Part shown: piece by piece, positions 14,486 through 26,984 of the stretch
How positions within the stretch are numbered: the stretch's first letter is position 1
Layout: each line of letters opens with the position of its first letter
DNA from: Marsupella aquatica
Lineage: Eukaryota > Plantae > Marchantiophyta
NCBI GenBank assembly: GCA_973895155.1
Contig: OZ316893.1
Coordinates: forward strand, 23,582,015 to 23,646,014
Reading direction: 5' to 3'
DNA: 64,000 nucleotides
Program-made: the position numbers and the translations under genes
Notes under the pieces: model-generated
Database searches by the model: none
Told to the model about the DNA's origin: nothing
What the model saw: only the letters and a program-made list of their open reading frames with translations

Positions 14486-15620
14486 CACTAGTACATTTTT
14501 GGGCCTTTATTCAATAGGATTTATATCAGATCCCTTTAGGAAAATTGACGCAGAAATTTCTATCATCCGATGCAATTCCCGACGCACTTTGTGATGCCCA
14601 AACCATCGCATATCAACCATTGGACTTCCATCGGACTTTCTGATATTTTGGGAAACGGACGTTCCGTTGTAACGTGTTACAGATATTTTATGTCCGATGT
14701 AAAATGAATCGGATAACTAACACACGATGACACATGACGACTTCCTTTGTCCGATCCTATTTAAATCGGAATGTCCGATAGATTTCATATGGCAATTTGT
14801 GTAGTAATTAGTATCGGACATTGCGTTAGTTAGAAAAATGGAAAGTGCGTTATTTTTGGTATCGGACTATCCAATAGATTTAATATGGGAACCTTGAAGG
14901 AGGGGTCCGATGCGTTGGGGATGGGAAAGTTCAAAGGCAGCAGCATCGGACACTGCTGTATTACCGATACGGATGGTAACGGACTTGCAACGGATTATCA
15001 AATGTTATGGCCTGGGGGTGGAATATAGGGTTTCATGGGTGGTTTGTTGGGGATTTGGGTATTGGTTTAGGGTTGAAGGTGACATACACCAATTAGGAAC
15101 CAAAGATAATGCTCTAAACACGAGGTCAAAATATCATATTCAAAAAGGGGATCACCCCAATATGTACAAAATGGATTAGGCCTACCGGGTAGACCCATCC
15201 TGGTCGTGATGGCACAATTTAGAGAGCTTTGATTAGAGACTACACTAGCTATATACAAGGTACCTCCTAGTGAGTGTCTAATCAAAGCTGTCTAGCACTA
15301 GATACCCACCTAAATGCAACTAACCTCTAAAAAGGTGTGTTGCGTCCCTTCTTCTTCAAGTTTGGGCAAGAACGAAGGGTGGGTACAAGTCTGGCATGAT
15401 GAGAGCCCTCCTCCCTTTGGCTGCCCACAACCGTGGCAGCCATCTGCTCACCAGATGGCATGGGTTGGCCTGATGCAGACCTAGACCCTGACCCACTAGA
15501 TGCACTGATAGGGTGGTCAGGCAAGGTAGATGTCCCACCAACCCCCGACATGGCAGAGTGAAAGGAGGCCTCAGCTCCTCTCGCCGACCTGCTAGAGTGA
15601 TGGGATGGTGCGCTGACAGA
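14486..15620. mobile_element. Orphan left end of a CACTA element of the same family as 17525-27776
   Basis: Starts CACTAGTACATTTT with TCCGAT/ATCGGA subterminal repeats paralleling 17525-18000. Carries the 3' end of a minus-strand ORF (15327-15551, ..KKKGRNTPF*) resembling the end of 18319-19698. No matching right end or TSD found. Confidence 0.75.
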
Positions 15621-15698
15621 TCCTGTGGGTGGCCCATGTCGTGTTGTACACCCACCGTGTTGTTTAGACCTAACTATGCCTGTACCTCATATTGCAGG

Positions 15699-16457
15699 GA
15701 ATATGATATGCAAAAAGCTGCACACTCTGGGCAGCAGGATCCCTTCCCACAGTTCAAGTAGTGGATTCGGGTGACAATTCGAGAACATAGTAGACATCAC
15801 CCAGATATGGAGAAGGATTTGTATCTTCTATCTGTGCCACCACGATTGTCTATTCTGACCTATAAACGGATGAGAGCTTATGGAAATCATTATCGAGTGA
15901 GGGATGAGCAGGGTGACCATTGTGTATCATATGATTGTGGTTTGATTTCTGTGTTTGAGCAGAGAACCTCTGAAGAACAGAGGGGGTGGATGAAGATGGG
16001 TTACGTGGGGGAGTTGACCGACATTTGGGTGTTGAATTATGGTAACACAAGTGTCCCAGTGATATTGATGAAGGGATCATGGGTGAAATCAGAGTGGCAG
16101 AGACCAAGGGCCACCATGAAGCGTGATCATGATGGGTTCTTGTTGGCCAATTTTAGGTCCAGAGTACCAGAATGGTTTGAGCCTTTTGTTTTCCCTAGCC
16201 AAGTTGAACAGGCTTTCTTTGCAGATGTGGAGGAGTCACATGGCTGGAGGGTGGTATGCCATAGCCAAGCACGGAACAGGCGGATGGATGGAAGTAAAGT
16301 AGAGTTCAGTTTGGATGACCATGCTACATTCGAGCATCCTAGTCACGAGACTGTACTTCCAACTCGGGCAGGGACTGACTACATCCCCTTAACATTGAGA
16401 GAGACATATGATGAACCTGGGCAAATGGAATATGATGAGGTTGATGATTTGCAATAG
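15699..16457 (+). pseudogene. CACTA transposase C-terminal exon (DUF4216-like)
   Basis: YGNHYRV..DCG..YVGELTDIWVLNY..KGSWV..EPFVFPSQVEQAFF..WRVV is homologous to 26500-26984; in-frame TAG near 15760. Confidence 0.85.
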
Positions 16458-18318
16458 GCAACAGCTGGCGATTGGCAAGTATGAGGTTGAGGATGACTAC
16501 CTACACAGAGTCACAGAATGGGAATTGCTGCCTGGAATGATGTTTAGGATAGTTGGATATGCATGAAATTGATTGATACTTTGAATTTAGTGTGCTAATT
16601 CTCTCTGTTTGGTTGTGGGTGCTGTGCAGAAGCTATGGGGGAAGAGGGTGATGACATGGAGACAGACATGGGGCTTGGAGAGTGGGGTGAAGAAGGAAGA
16701 TTGGACATGGATGGAGACCTAGATGCAGGGGGCTCACAGAAAAATGCACCTGTGCAGGATGCACAGGGCCCTCATCAAGTCCTAGGTAGGTGGGCAGCTA
16801 GAGAGAAATCACATAATCCATACCCTAGAAGTAGCCAGAGTTATTGGCAAGGGACGCCTGATAATTATGATGATGACTATGATGGAGCAGAAGATGGATG
16901 GGATGAATATGAACACCCAGAGCGTGGTAGAGACGAGTACAGAGGGCAATGGAAAGGTGAGGAGGATGATTGGACAAGTAAGTGCCTTGTGCTAGTGATT
17001 TTGTGATGGTAGTAGAGATTTAGCTCAATATGGACTTATCCGATGTGTAGCTACTAGGGCAAAGAGTTTATCTTACAGGTCCATGAGTGTGGCATGTACT
17101 TGTTGGTATGCAGACTCTGATTGGGACAATCACGAAAACAACAAAGGCCATCCATGTTCAGATAGGAGGCAATCATTCACAGGCGGGAGAAACGGCCCTA
17201 ATTCAGCAAGACAAAGCAATAGGACAGGTGGTCTAGAACCATCTATGCGCCAAGGGAGAGGTAACTTGGTCATTGCATAATTGCTCTGAAGTCCAGTGTA
17301 TATTTGGCAGCAGGATTTATGATTCATACTTACCTAATGGATCCTGTAAATGTGCAAGGACTCCAGGGAGGTTTGGACAATGCAATCCAGGCCGTGGGGG
17401 GAGATCAGGCCGTGGAGGGACCCCAGGCCATGGAGGGACCCCAGGCCGTGGGGGGACACCAGGCCGTGGAGGGACACCTAGTAGCGCTTCAGGGAGTACC
17501 AAGGTAGGAGACAGTAACAAATTTCACTAGTACATTTTGAGGCATTTTACCGATTGTATTTAGATCGGACGCCTTCAGGAAATCCGACGCGGAAATCTCA
17601 CCTGTCCGATACCAAAAGAATCGCAATTTCCGATATAATTTTATCGGAAAACGACAATCGGAAACTAATCGGAACTACCGATACCAAAACATTCGGGAGT
17701 TCCGTCGCCTAAACTGTCGGGAAACACTATGTCCGATGCCCGCGTAATCGGATGTCTGTTTCACGCATTTTCTGTTAGTGGAGGCGTCCGATTCTAGACC
17801 GATATTCTGGACATGGAAATGACCGATTGGTTTAACATCGGAAATGTCCGATGTTATTTGGAACGGAAATTGCGATTATAGTAGAATCGGACTTTGCGAT
17901 ACGTTTGGGATGGAAAAGTACGATGATTGTGGCATCGGATATGGATCGGTATCTACCCGGAAACTATTTGGCGAGCTTGATTGGGCCTATTTTAAATGGG
18001 GGGCTAATTGGGGGTTTAATTGGGGTGCAATGTAATTCTTTAACTGAGTTTTTATCTAGGGTTTAGAGAGGTCATTTAGTCAAGAGAGACTATCAATTTT
18101 GATTGCACACTATGTACCTTGAAACCCGGGCATGACACGGCATAACTATATCTTATATACAAAAATGAAATATCGAGGGCAAAAGTACAAAAAATGGAGA
18201 ACATCTCCATGCATAGTGCCAGCTATGCTAAAGGCTGGGCATATCAAATGGACATAATGCCCTCCAACTATCCACCTCGCTAGCCTGGTACTAGATCTAT
18301 ACATGTCTACCTAGTCCA

Positions 18319-21239
18319 CTATCCATACAAGCTATGTCGCGTCTTCCTCTTCTTCACACGGGAACGACTAGGCTGCTCTGCTCTATGAGTCTCTACCGCT
18401 GACACACCAGGTAGCACATCATGGTCGTGGCTACCTGATCTGCCTCCATCGTCATGTGGATGAGGTGCAGAAGCAATCTCTGGTACTCCCCCACCTCCAG
18501 ATGCGCCTGAACCATGGGAAGGCACTCCTTCCCCGACACAAGTGTGGAAAGAAGCCCCTCCAGCACCACCACCACTACCCCCCTCAGGCCGAGTCTCACC
18601 TCCACCACTATGACGGGAACCTCCCGACTGGGTGCCTACACCACCACTATGAATAGGATATGGTGTGGGCACATGACCACCAAGGCCCCCCCCGGACTGT
18701 CGCAAACCAGCTGGTACACTACCAGGGCTAGCCCTAAACTGATGAGGTGCAGCAACTCCACCACTACCCCCCTCAGGGCGAGACTCACCTCCACCACTAT
18801 GGCCGGAACCTCCAGACTGGATGCCTACACCACCACTATGAACAGGAGATGGTGTCGGCACATGACCACCAAGGCCTCCCCCGGACTGTCGCGAACCAGC
18901 TGATACACTACCAGGGCCAGCCCTAAACTGACGAGGTGCAGCAACTCCACCACTACCCCCCTCAGGACGAGACTCACCTCCACCACTACGGCTGGAACCT
19001 CCAGACTGGATGCCTACACCACCACTATGAACAGGAGATGGTGTGGGCACATGACCACCAAGGCCTCCCCCGGACTGTCGTGAACCAGCTGGTACACTAC
19101 CAGGGCCAGCCCTAAACTGACGAGGTGCAACAACTCCACCACTACCCCCCTCAGGGCGAGACTCACCTCCACCACTACGGCCGGAACCTCCTGACTGGCC
19201 AACGACATGACCAGTATGAACACCAGCCCGTTGTCGAGACCCACCTGGTACAACACCAGGGCCAGTCCTCACTCGACCACCTGCTGTGGCTAGAACTCCA
19301 GACTCACTACGAACCCCTCGGTTGTGACCTATTGTGGCTGGAACCCGGGACTCACTCCGTCCACTCCTACCGGCTAATTTCTGACGAGAAGGAGGCATAT
19401 CACCTGCTCTATGCTCCATCCGGCGAGTGGAGCCACCTACACCCCGACCAGACTGGTGACGTCCACTCTCTCGGGGTCCTGACCGGCCACGTGCACCAGT
19501 AGAACCTCGTACTGGAGCCTCAGCCACACTCCCCTCTGAAGCACTATCATCCTCCGCATCCTCCTCATCCTCCTCCCCCTCACCATCCTCCTCACTCTCC
19601 AAGTCCTCCTCACCCCCTGACTCATCCTGCACATAGTAACAATCTCCAATCCATATGTCATTCCGCAACATACGTACCAGCATGAAGCCATCTTTCAAAT
19701 CATTCTAATATCCGCACTTACCGAGGCCAACATGTCGTCCATGTGAATCTTTAGCGCCCAAGCACCATGCTCCTTTGCCAGCTCTCTCTCTGCCGGCAAC
19801 AATGGTCGTCCGTGCTCTTTCTCCTACACACCCAAACCATATGCCACCCCCAATACTAAGGTCAATTATAGCAACCCTACCCTGGCCTAATTAAACACCT
19901 ATATAAACCCTTCACCGTCAAAGACCCATAAGAACACTTAGCCGTTCATGCACAAACTATTCAAAAATTTGAATATGTCCGATACTAATAGAATCGGTAC
20001 CCTCGACAGTTCCGATTCTTTTTTATTGTCCGATGCTGCATCCGATACTTAGAGGATCGGACTAGAATCGGACCTTACATGCCGAAAGCAAAAAAAACTA
20101 AGGCATGATCGAGCGACCTACGGGCATACAAAGACCTGTCCCGGGTTTGGAAGGGTTAGGCATTCGTCAATTGGCCTCAGGTGATTAGGGAGGAGGAATG
20201 CTGCTGAAGGAATGCATGGAGAGGAGGGGAATGGAGCACTTACAAAATCGGCCTTGAGACGCTGTGATCCGCCTTGCCCCATTTTGTGAGTAACCTTTGG
20301 CCTCTTTGTTACTCTCAGCAGAGCTTTCATTAGCCAGGATGGTGGGTCTCCAAGCAGGGCTGATTTTGTTGACCATTCTTCAAGTTCTTGATGCATGGGT
20401 GCAGTATTCACCATCTCTCCTTGTTCAATCTTCTTCTGAGCTGCTTGAATTTCAGCTTCCCAACGTTGTGTGGCTTGCCAAGCTCGAACCTGCAACTCTT
20501 CTTCAAGCCGGGCACACCAAGCATTCTCAGGAATCTCACCAGCTGGGCTTCCCCCTTTGCTGATCACCTCCTCATCCAGTTTGCATTCAGCCAGGTACTT
20601 TTGCATCTTCTCTCGTACATGATTTTGCATGTCTGCAAGTGAGACTGAGATCTTTTTGTTTAAGAATCGATCGTCCACAAACGACCCATTCGAAAATCTC
20701 TCTTTGATTTGCTCTCGAATTCGAAATCTCTCATCCTGCTTCTTCTTCCCCCAGTAGTCCATCGGGCCAAAATGAGACCTCACAATCTGCCTAACTTGAC
20801 TCCCAAACAAACGATAACTCCTGGAGAGTGGAGCACCTCCCTCATTCAGAAACAATTTTGGCCTCTTGGCCCTATCCTCTGCCTTCTTTCGTTCCTCCTG
20901 AATTCTCTGTCGTTCTGCAGCCCGAGCCTCCCTCCTTAGGCTCTTCTCCTTTTGTCTTGGTGATAGGGCTTCCACTGGCCTCTCTCTCTCGTCCTCCCTA
21001 GTGTTACGTTTCCTCTTCCTCTGCAATCTCTCCTCCTCGAGTCTGGCTTGGAAAGCTTTTTCTGCATCAGTGATGGCTACCTTCTGGGAGCTGTCGATCA
21101 GTCCTTGAGTGAGCTGGGCTACCTGCAATGCAACCTCCGGCGAGAGCCCCACCTTCTCCCTAAACAATTGAGCCATGACTTCACCATAGCTGCTTGATGG
21201 CCCGGCACCATCTCCCATCCCTCCCGCATTCCCTTCCAT
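18319..21239 (-). CDS. TnpA-like accessory protein of the CACTA element, probably 3 exons, with a Gly/Ser-rich repeat tail
   Basis: Exons at about 20244-21239, 19722-19823 and 18319-19627 with GT-AG borders; coiled-coil/basic region and HKMGQGG motif; lies inside the TIRs. Confidence 0.65.
18560..19200. repeat. Coding tandem repeat, 189-bp (63-aa) unit, about 3.4 copies
   Basis: TCCACCACTA anchor at 18601, 18790, 18979 and 19168; peptide GGGESRPEGGSGGV..RQFRAGPGSV..GGHVPTPSPVHSGG repeats. Confidence 0.9.
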
Positions 21240-22303
21240 CGCTACTAGCTCCGCAAAGGTATCGTGAAATGCTCCCGATGCTTTTCCCGACTAGAGTGCC
21301 TTCGCACTTTAGTCGGGTGACCTAAAAACCCAAAATGCATAATGTCCGATACTTTCTGCATCGGAAACTCCGATTCTAGGTCAATCGGACTTAGTATCGG
21401 ACCCCTCCTCCAAAGTATCGGACTTAACCCTCCCAATGTATTTTCTGATGGTTTGTGAATTGCATGACCTTGGCATTTGGACTTTGGCATTTGGATCCCA
21501 TGTATACTATAATGACCCCCTTTATGTTAGTTGGGGGTTAATTATGCTATATTGTGGGCTTATTAGGTGTGCGGCGCAAAACGGGCATATCAACGTACAG
21601 TTGCCGTGACAAAGCTAGCACACTATTTTTTGGTGGGTATGGATGATCATTGAATGTATGTACCCAGATCTATTTTCAGTTTGATTTTAAATGATTCCCA
21701 TTTTGACCATGAGGCAATGCTATATGCATGGTGCAACTTTTGGGGACTATAAGAAGTCACAAATTAAATTAACACTCTAGTGCCGTTTTGGCAGTTTTGT
21801 ATTTTTTGTTTTTGGAGGGTCGGGTCGTTGCTTTTCCTTGGTTTTCTTAGTAGGGTTTATTTTTGCCAATGCATTATGCACAGCGAGAGTACGCGCATCC
21901 AAAAGGTATGACATATATGATCCTCCAAAATGTATTGGAAATATTTGACATGATATATGCGTTACTTGTGGGAGTTTATAATTGGACATCCAACTCGTCA
22001 TTGATTTTTATTAATTTCATTAATTATTGGTTTGTTACTTAGGTTTGCATGTATGTCATCTCATCTTTCAACTTCCCCACCTAGCCTGTATGTGCAGGTT
22101 TTTTTGGATTGGCCTTAGCATATAGTCTAAGGCTTAGAGCCTAGTAGGCACTGTAGAGCGCGGATATCATTCAGGTACTAATTAAGTCCAACACTGCAAA
22201 TTATTAACATACTATATATTTCCTGTTTGGGTTTACCTCAAGTGAGGGTGATGAATCAATCTTGCATTTTGGTAAAGACTTGTTTGTGTGTAATTGGCAG
22301 ACA

Positions 22304-25300
22304 ATGTCGACTTCTGAGAGTTTGGATACAGATTCCGACTCTGACTTGTCTTCCTCTGAGGGGGACATTCCTCCTCCCCCTCAACAGCCTTGAGCACCCC
22401 CTCCACTAGGCCCTATTCCATGCTGGTGTCTTAGATGTAAAGGACTGGTGGTTCGTCAAGCGTGGCAGTCCATTGAACACATCAAAAACTATGGTCGACA
22501 TGAGGGTGATTTACCGGGATATTCAGCTCGCCAGGTATTGCTTGACATGAACTCCGCTATATATGATACACTATCATAATAGTTGGCTGGTTTGAGACCT
22601 TTTAGGAGACAAGTATTAATTTTTGTTTGTTTATGATTGAATAGGTGCGTTGTAGGGCCCGTCCTCCATTGGTCTCTAGTCAACTATGGCATGATGCATT
22701 CCTAGCTGGTGCTAGACAGTTGCTTGCATCATCAGTTGAAGACCCCGAGCAATCATGTACCCCCGCACATGTTCAGGCAGATGTTGTTCATGAACCCATA
22801 GTGGTAGAGTTGGGGCATGGTAGGGATGATGCACCGCCCCCTACTAGGGTTCTACGCACAAGACCACGTTCTCATAGACGTCGACAACAGCATGTAGTTC
22901 TAGACACAGACCCATCCCATGAGCACTTTAGAAGGAGTGTTATGCCTCCACCAGGGGAGGAGTACATAGAAGTTGAAGGGAGGTTGGGCTTGTCATATGT
23001 GACGGGAAAGGCAATCAGTGTCTTCAAGGATTTTGACCCTGAGAGTTTTGCGATTCCTCGTGGCCTAGCCATTGACATCCCTGTACATATATGGGGTCGG
23101 CAATGGATAGTGAAGGCATCGACCCTTGGCGGGGAGGTTGGGTTAGGCTTATTTGCTTTGGAGGACATTGAGGTCCCTCCAAAGCCTTGGTGTCGTGGCT
23201 ATGATGGGGAACACCTTTTCCCTTACATTGGGCCTGTGTATACATCCAAGAGTTGGAACATCCTCTTGCGCCAACATCCAGCTTGGGGGGTATATGCATT
23301 GCAGATGGACTCAGACCCAGATGAGGTCCTAAGGAGGCCTTGGCATTGTAGGATGATTGATGGGGACCCTGTCCGTTCAGATAACATAGCTGGGTACATC
23401 AATAGTACACATGGTAGAGGGAGTGGACTCCAGCCTAATGTAGAGTGGGCTCAGATTTTTGGCCCACCCACTCCGCCTTACTATGTCACACATATGGATG
23501 ATCATGTTATGACAGTAGCCATACGGACCATTAGGGCGGGTGATGAGTTGTTTTGTGACTATGAATGGAACGCACCCACGATGGGCATTCGATCTGGCCA
23601 CACTTAGCACATATGTGTATTCCCCATTTTTGAAGTAATATAAGAATATTGTAGTTTTTTTAGGAACCCATGGGCTAACTCAAACGTATATATCTGTTTT
23701 GTGCGTTGTATGATAGAATGCATATGTTGAGCCGGATGTTGGGGTGTTACCACGAGCTATGCGCCAACACCTTGTGCAGGCCATGGAAGATTGGCGACAT
23801 GCCTCTCTACCACCAGATGGCGATCCGGATGTTCCAGAGCAGGAACCAGATGCCTCCCAATCAAGAGTTGATGAAGATAGGGCCATGGATGACTTGATGC
23901 ACCAATTCTATGACATAGAGGATGGTGATCATGACATGGTTGATGGGGAGAACATTGAGGTCCCACTTCCACATCAAGAAGGTTCAAGGAGTTCAGCCTC
24001 CAAACAGTGGGAGGAAGCACGTCAACATGCGCAAACTCGGATATTTGATGGATCACGCTTGTCTCGTCTTTCAGCAATAATGTTGTTGTTGAACTTGCAG
24101 CAAAGACATGGAGCAAGCAACCTACTTCTTGATGATCTCTTTCGGACATTGCATGATTGTATCTTGCCAGAAGGAAACAACTTGCCAGACTCTTGGAAAG
24201 AGGCAAAGAAGGTGTTGAAGTCCATAGGTCTGCAGTACAAAGTCATACATGCTTGCGTGAATGATTGCGTTCTGTTTAGAGGCACTTATAAAGATGCAAC
24301 GTCATGTCCTACATGTGAGAAGCCTAGGTATCGTGAGGACATGTTGACGGGAAAAGTTCCTCAGAAGGTCATGAGGTACTTTCCTCTTATACCTCGTTTG
24401 CGCCACCAATATAGATGTGCTGAGTTGGCTGAGTATATGGTTTGGCATTCCCAAAATCACTCAGATATGAGTTCACAACCACCCACCATGCGCATGATGG
24501 TTGACTCCCCTGCAAACAAGTTTGTGGAGGAGAGATGGGGTGAGTTCCGAACTGACCCACGTCATGTTCACCTAGGAGTGGCAGCGGATGGCATCAGCCC
24601 ATTTGCACTAGCAGGTAAGGCCCAACCATATTCACTATGGCCAGTGGTCCTTACTAATTACAACATCCCTCCATGGATGTCCATGAAGAAGGGTCATTTG
24701 CTCCTTTCCATGATTATCCCTGGTCCTAAGCAAGTGAAAAAAATTGATGTGTACTTGCAACCATTGATTGAGGAGCTACAAAAGCTTTGGAGTGGTGTGG
24801 ATTGCTATGATGGTCAAGTGCAAACGGGGGGCTTACGTCGAGAATTTAAGTTGAAGGCCATTCTTATGTGGACCATACATGATCTTCCAGGTATGAATCT
24901 TTGTTAAATTATCCCTTCCCATAGCTAGGCAACCGTACCTAGCATACTTTGTTATGTATTGAGTTAGCTAGAAGCACATATATCTTTTAATAAACTTATT
25001 TACTTATGCATGGGATATATATTTATATGCAGGGTTTGGATATATTTCTGGCCTGACCACATCAAGATATCGAGCTTGCCCAACTTGTGGACCTGATTTG
25101 GAAGGAATAGCGCGGCCAAAGTCAAAGACCTTGAGGAAGATAGTGTATATTGGTCACACCAAGTACCTCCCTCCAGACCATGATTGGAGGAGAGACCCCT
25201 TTTTATATGACACTGAGGATGGCCAACCAGACAGACGACCACAACCTATTCCAAAAGATCCTGCATATTGGAAAGAGGTATGGGAGAGAGTATCTAATCT

Positions 25301-26984
25301 AGATGACCCATTGCAATATGCCCGGTGTGGCATGACTTGTTTGTCTGCATTGTCACAACTGCCTTATTGGGCTGAGATGCCACTTAACCATTTATTTGAC
25401 CCTATGCACATTGAGGGAAATGTTGGGAGGTCCTTGATTCGCCACCTATATGGAGAGAAAGACAACAACTGGAGAGAGAGTTGTGAAGAGATGGGGATGC
25501 ATGGCCCTCATGGTTTTTGGCCATCTATGGATCCCGATAATGCCCCCCTTACTATTCATCCTCCTTGGGTTTTGACACGAGGTGAGCGGACCGAGTTTCG
25601 CAAACGCATAGGGTCTATGCGATTTCCTACAGGGTATGGTGCCAATCTTCGCAAGGCATTTGGTGGACTTGACTCTCCAAAATGGCCAGCTTTCTTGAAG
25701 ACCCATGATTATCATCGCTTATTGCAACATGTTATTCCAATTGCTATTATTGGATTGGGTAGTGAGGATCTTCGTGATGCCCTTTGGTCGTTGGGTAAGT
25801 TGTTGAGATGGGTGTGTCAAAAGGAGGTGAACGAGGATGAGGTTGCAGCAATGGAGGTGTTTGGAGTGGAGGTTGTGTGCAAACTTGAAAGGGCCCTTCC
25901 TCCTTCATTTTTTGATGGTCAGGTTCATTTTCTACTACATCTAGTGCGTGAGGTTGGTATTGCAGGCCCTGTACATTGTCGTTGGATGTACTGGGTAGAG
26001 CGGTACATGGGAGTGATGAAGTCCTATGTTTCAAATCGCGCAAGGGTGGAAGGTAGCATTGCAGAGCGTCATCTTGGAGCAGAGAGCATGTTTTATTGTA
26101 CAAACATTATTGCTACACTTGATTCAAATGCTCCAAGCGGGTGGATAGATGAGGCATCAAGAGAAGCAGACTATGAGGATGACCGTTTGACAGGTGCAAA
26201 GGGAGAACGGCTTCTTGACCCTAGTGAGCGCACTAAACTCACTGCATTCATGTTGTATAACTCTCCAGAGATTGTTGGGGAGTGGACCACATTTTATGAG
26301 GAGGATAAGCACAATAGTCGACGACCACGCTTATTTCCCAAATTCCACATGTACATGAAGGGGAAGTTGTTAGAAGTGGATGCCTTGGTGGCTGTTGGGG
26401 AGAGTGTATCACACTTCCCAATGGTGACTGATAAGTTGCGCACCTTGGTTCATGGACCTCTACTTACAGTTACAACCAGGACTGCCATGTGGTCCAAGGG
26501 GAGACACTTTCGTGTGGAATGACTTGATGACAAGAGGGCAGCTACACAAGATTGTGGGGTGATGGGTTGGTTCACCTAGGATTCTGTAAGTAGCAGATCT
26601 GACACAAATCCCATCCGTTCTACTATAGCTCACTATGGAAAGATAGAGGAGATCCTTGTTGTAAAATACCATGCGCATACAACATTGGAAGAGGTGGTGC
26701 TGAAGTGCAAATGGTTTCGGATGAATCTTGTTGGCCACAATCGAACATGTGAAGAGGATGCTTGCGGCTTCACACGACTGAAGACAGGGGCTGTCATCAG
26801 CTCAAATTGGAGGGCCTCAGATCCTTTTGCATTTCCTCATAATCTTGAGCAGGCATTCTATCTCCCTTATCCAGATGATCCTGAGTGGTCCATTGTAATG
26901 CCTTACATTCCACGATCCCGATCCATAGTCCAAGAACAGCCAAATGTAGTTGTTGTGGAAGATTTGGAAAATGAGAACAACTAG
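22304..26984 (+). pseudogene. CACTA transposase (TnpD-like: Zn-binding N-terminus, Transposase_21, DUF4218, DUF4216); 1119 codons with 3 premature stops
   Basis: Exons 22304-22534, 23717-24890 and 25033-26984 join in frame. Motifs CWCLRC..EH..YG, IHACVNDCVLF, ADGISPF, WTIHDLPG, DPMHIEGN, KTHDYH, WMYWVERYM. Stops at 22391, 26520 and 26577. Confidence 0.93.
22645..23607 (+). CDS. SET-domain (lysine methyltransferase-like) exon inside the transposase first intron
   Basis: Open 320-codon frame after acceptor AATAG; SET motifs GLGLFALEDI, YIG, IDG, NIAGYINS, PNV and AIRTIRAGDELFCDY. Confidence 0.88.
   Translation: MRCRARPPLVSSQLWHDAFLAGARQLLASSVEDPEQSCTPAHVQADVVHEPIVVELGHGRDDAPPPTRVLRTRPRSHRRRQQHVVLDTDPSHEHFRRSVMPPPGEEYIEVEGRLGLSYVTGKAISVFKDFDPESFAIPRGLAIDIPVHIWGRQWIVKASTLGGEVGLGLFALEDIEVPPKPWCRGYDGEHLFPYIGPVYTSKSWNILLRQHPAWGVYALQMDSDPDEVLRRPWHCRMIDGDPVRSDNIAGYINSTHGRGSGLQPNVEWAQIFGPPTPPYYVTHMDDHVMTVAIRTIRAGDELFCDYEWNAPTMGIRSGHT

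Noticed and set aside
22645-24890. Direct SETMAR-like SET-transposase fusion protein
   Set aside because: The SET frame ends in TAG at 23605-23607 and I found no convincing splice donor between the ELFCDY motif and the stop; alternative exon use fits better.
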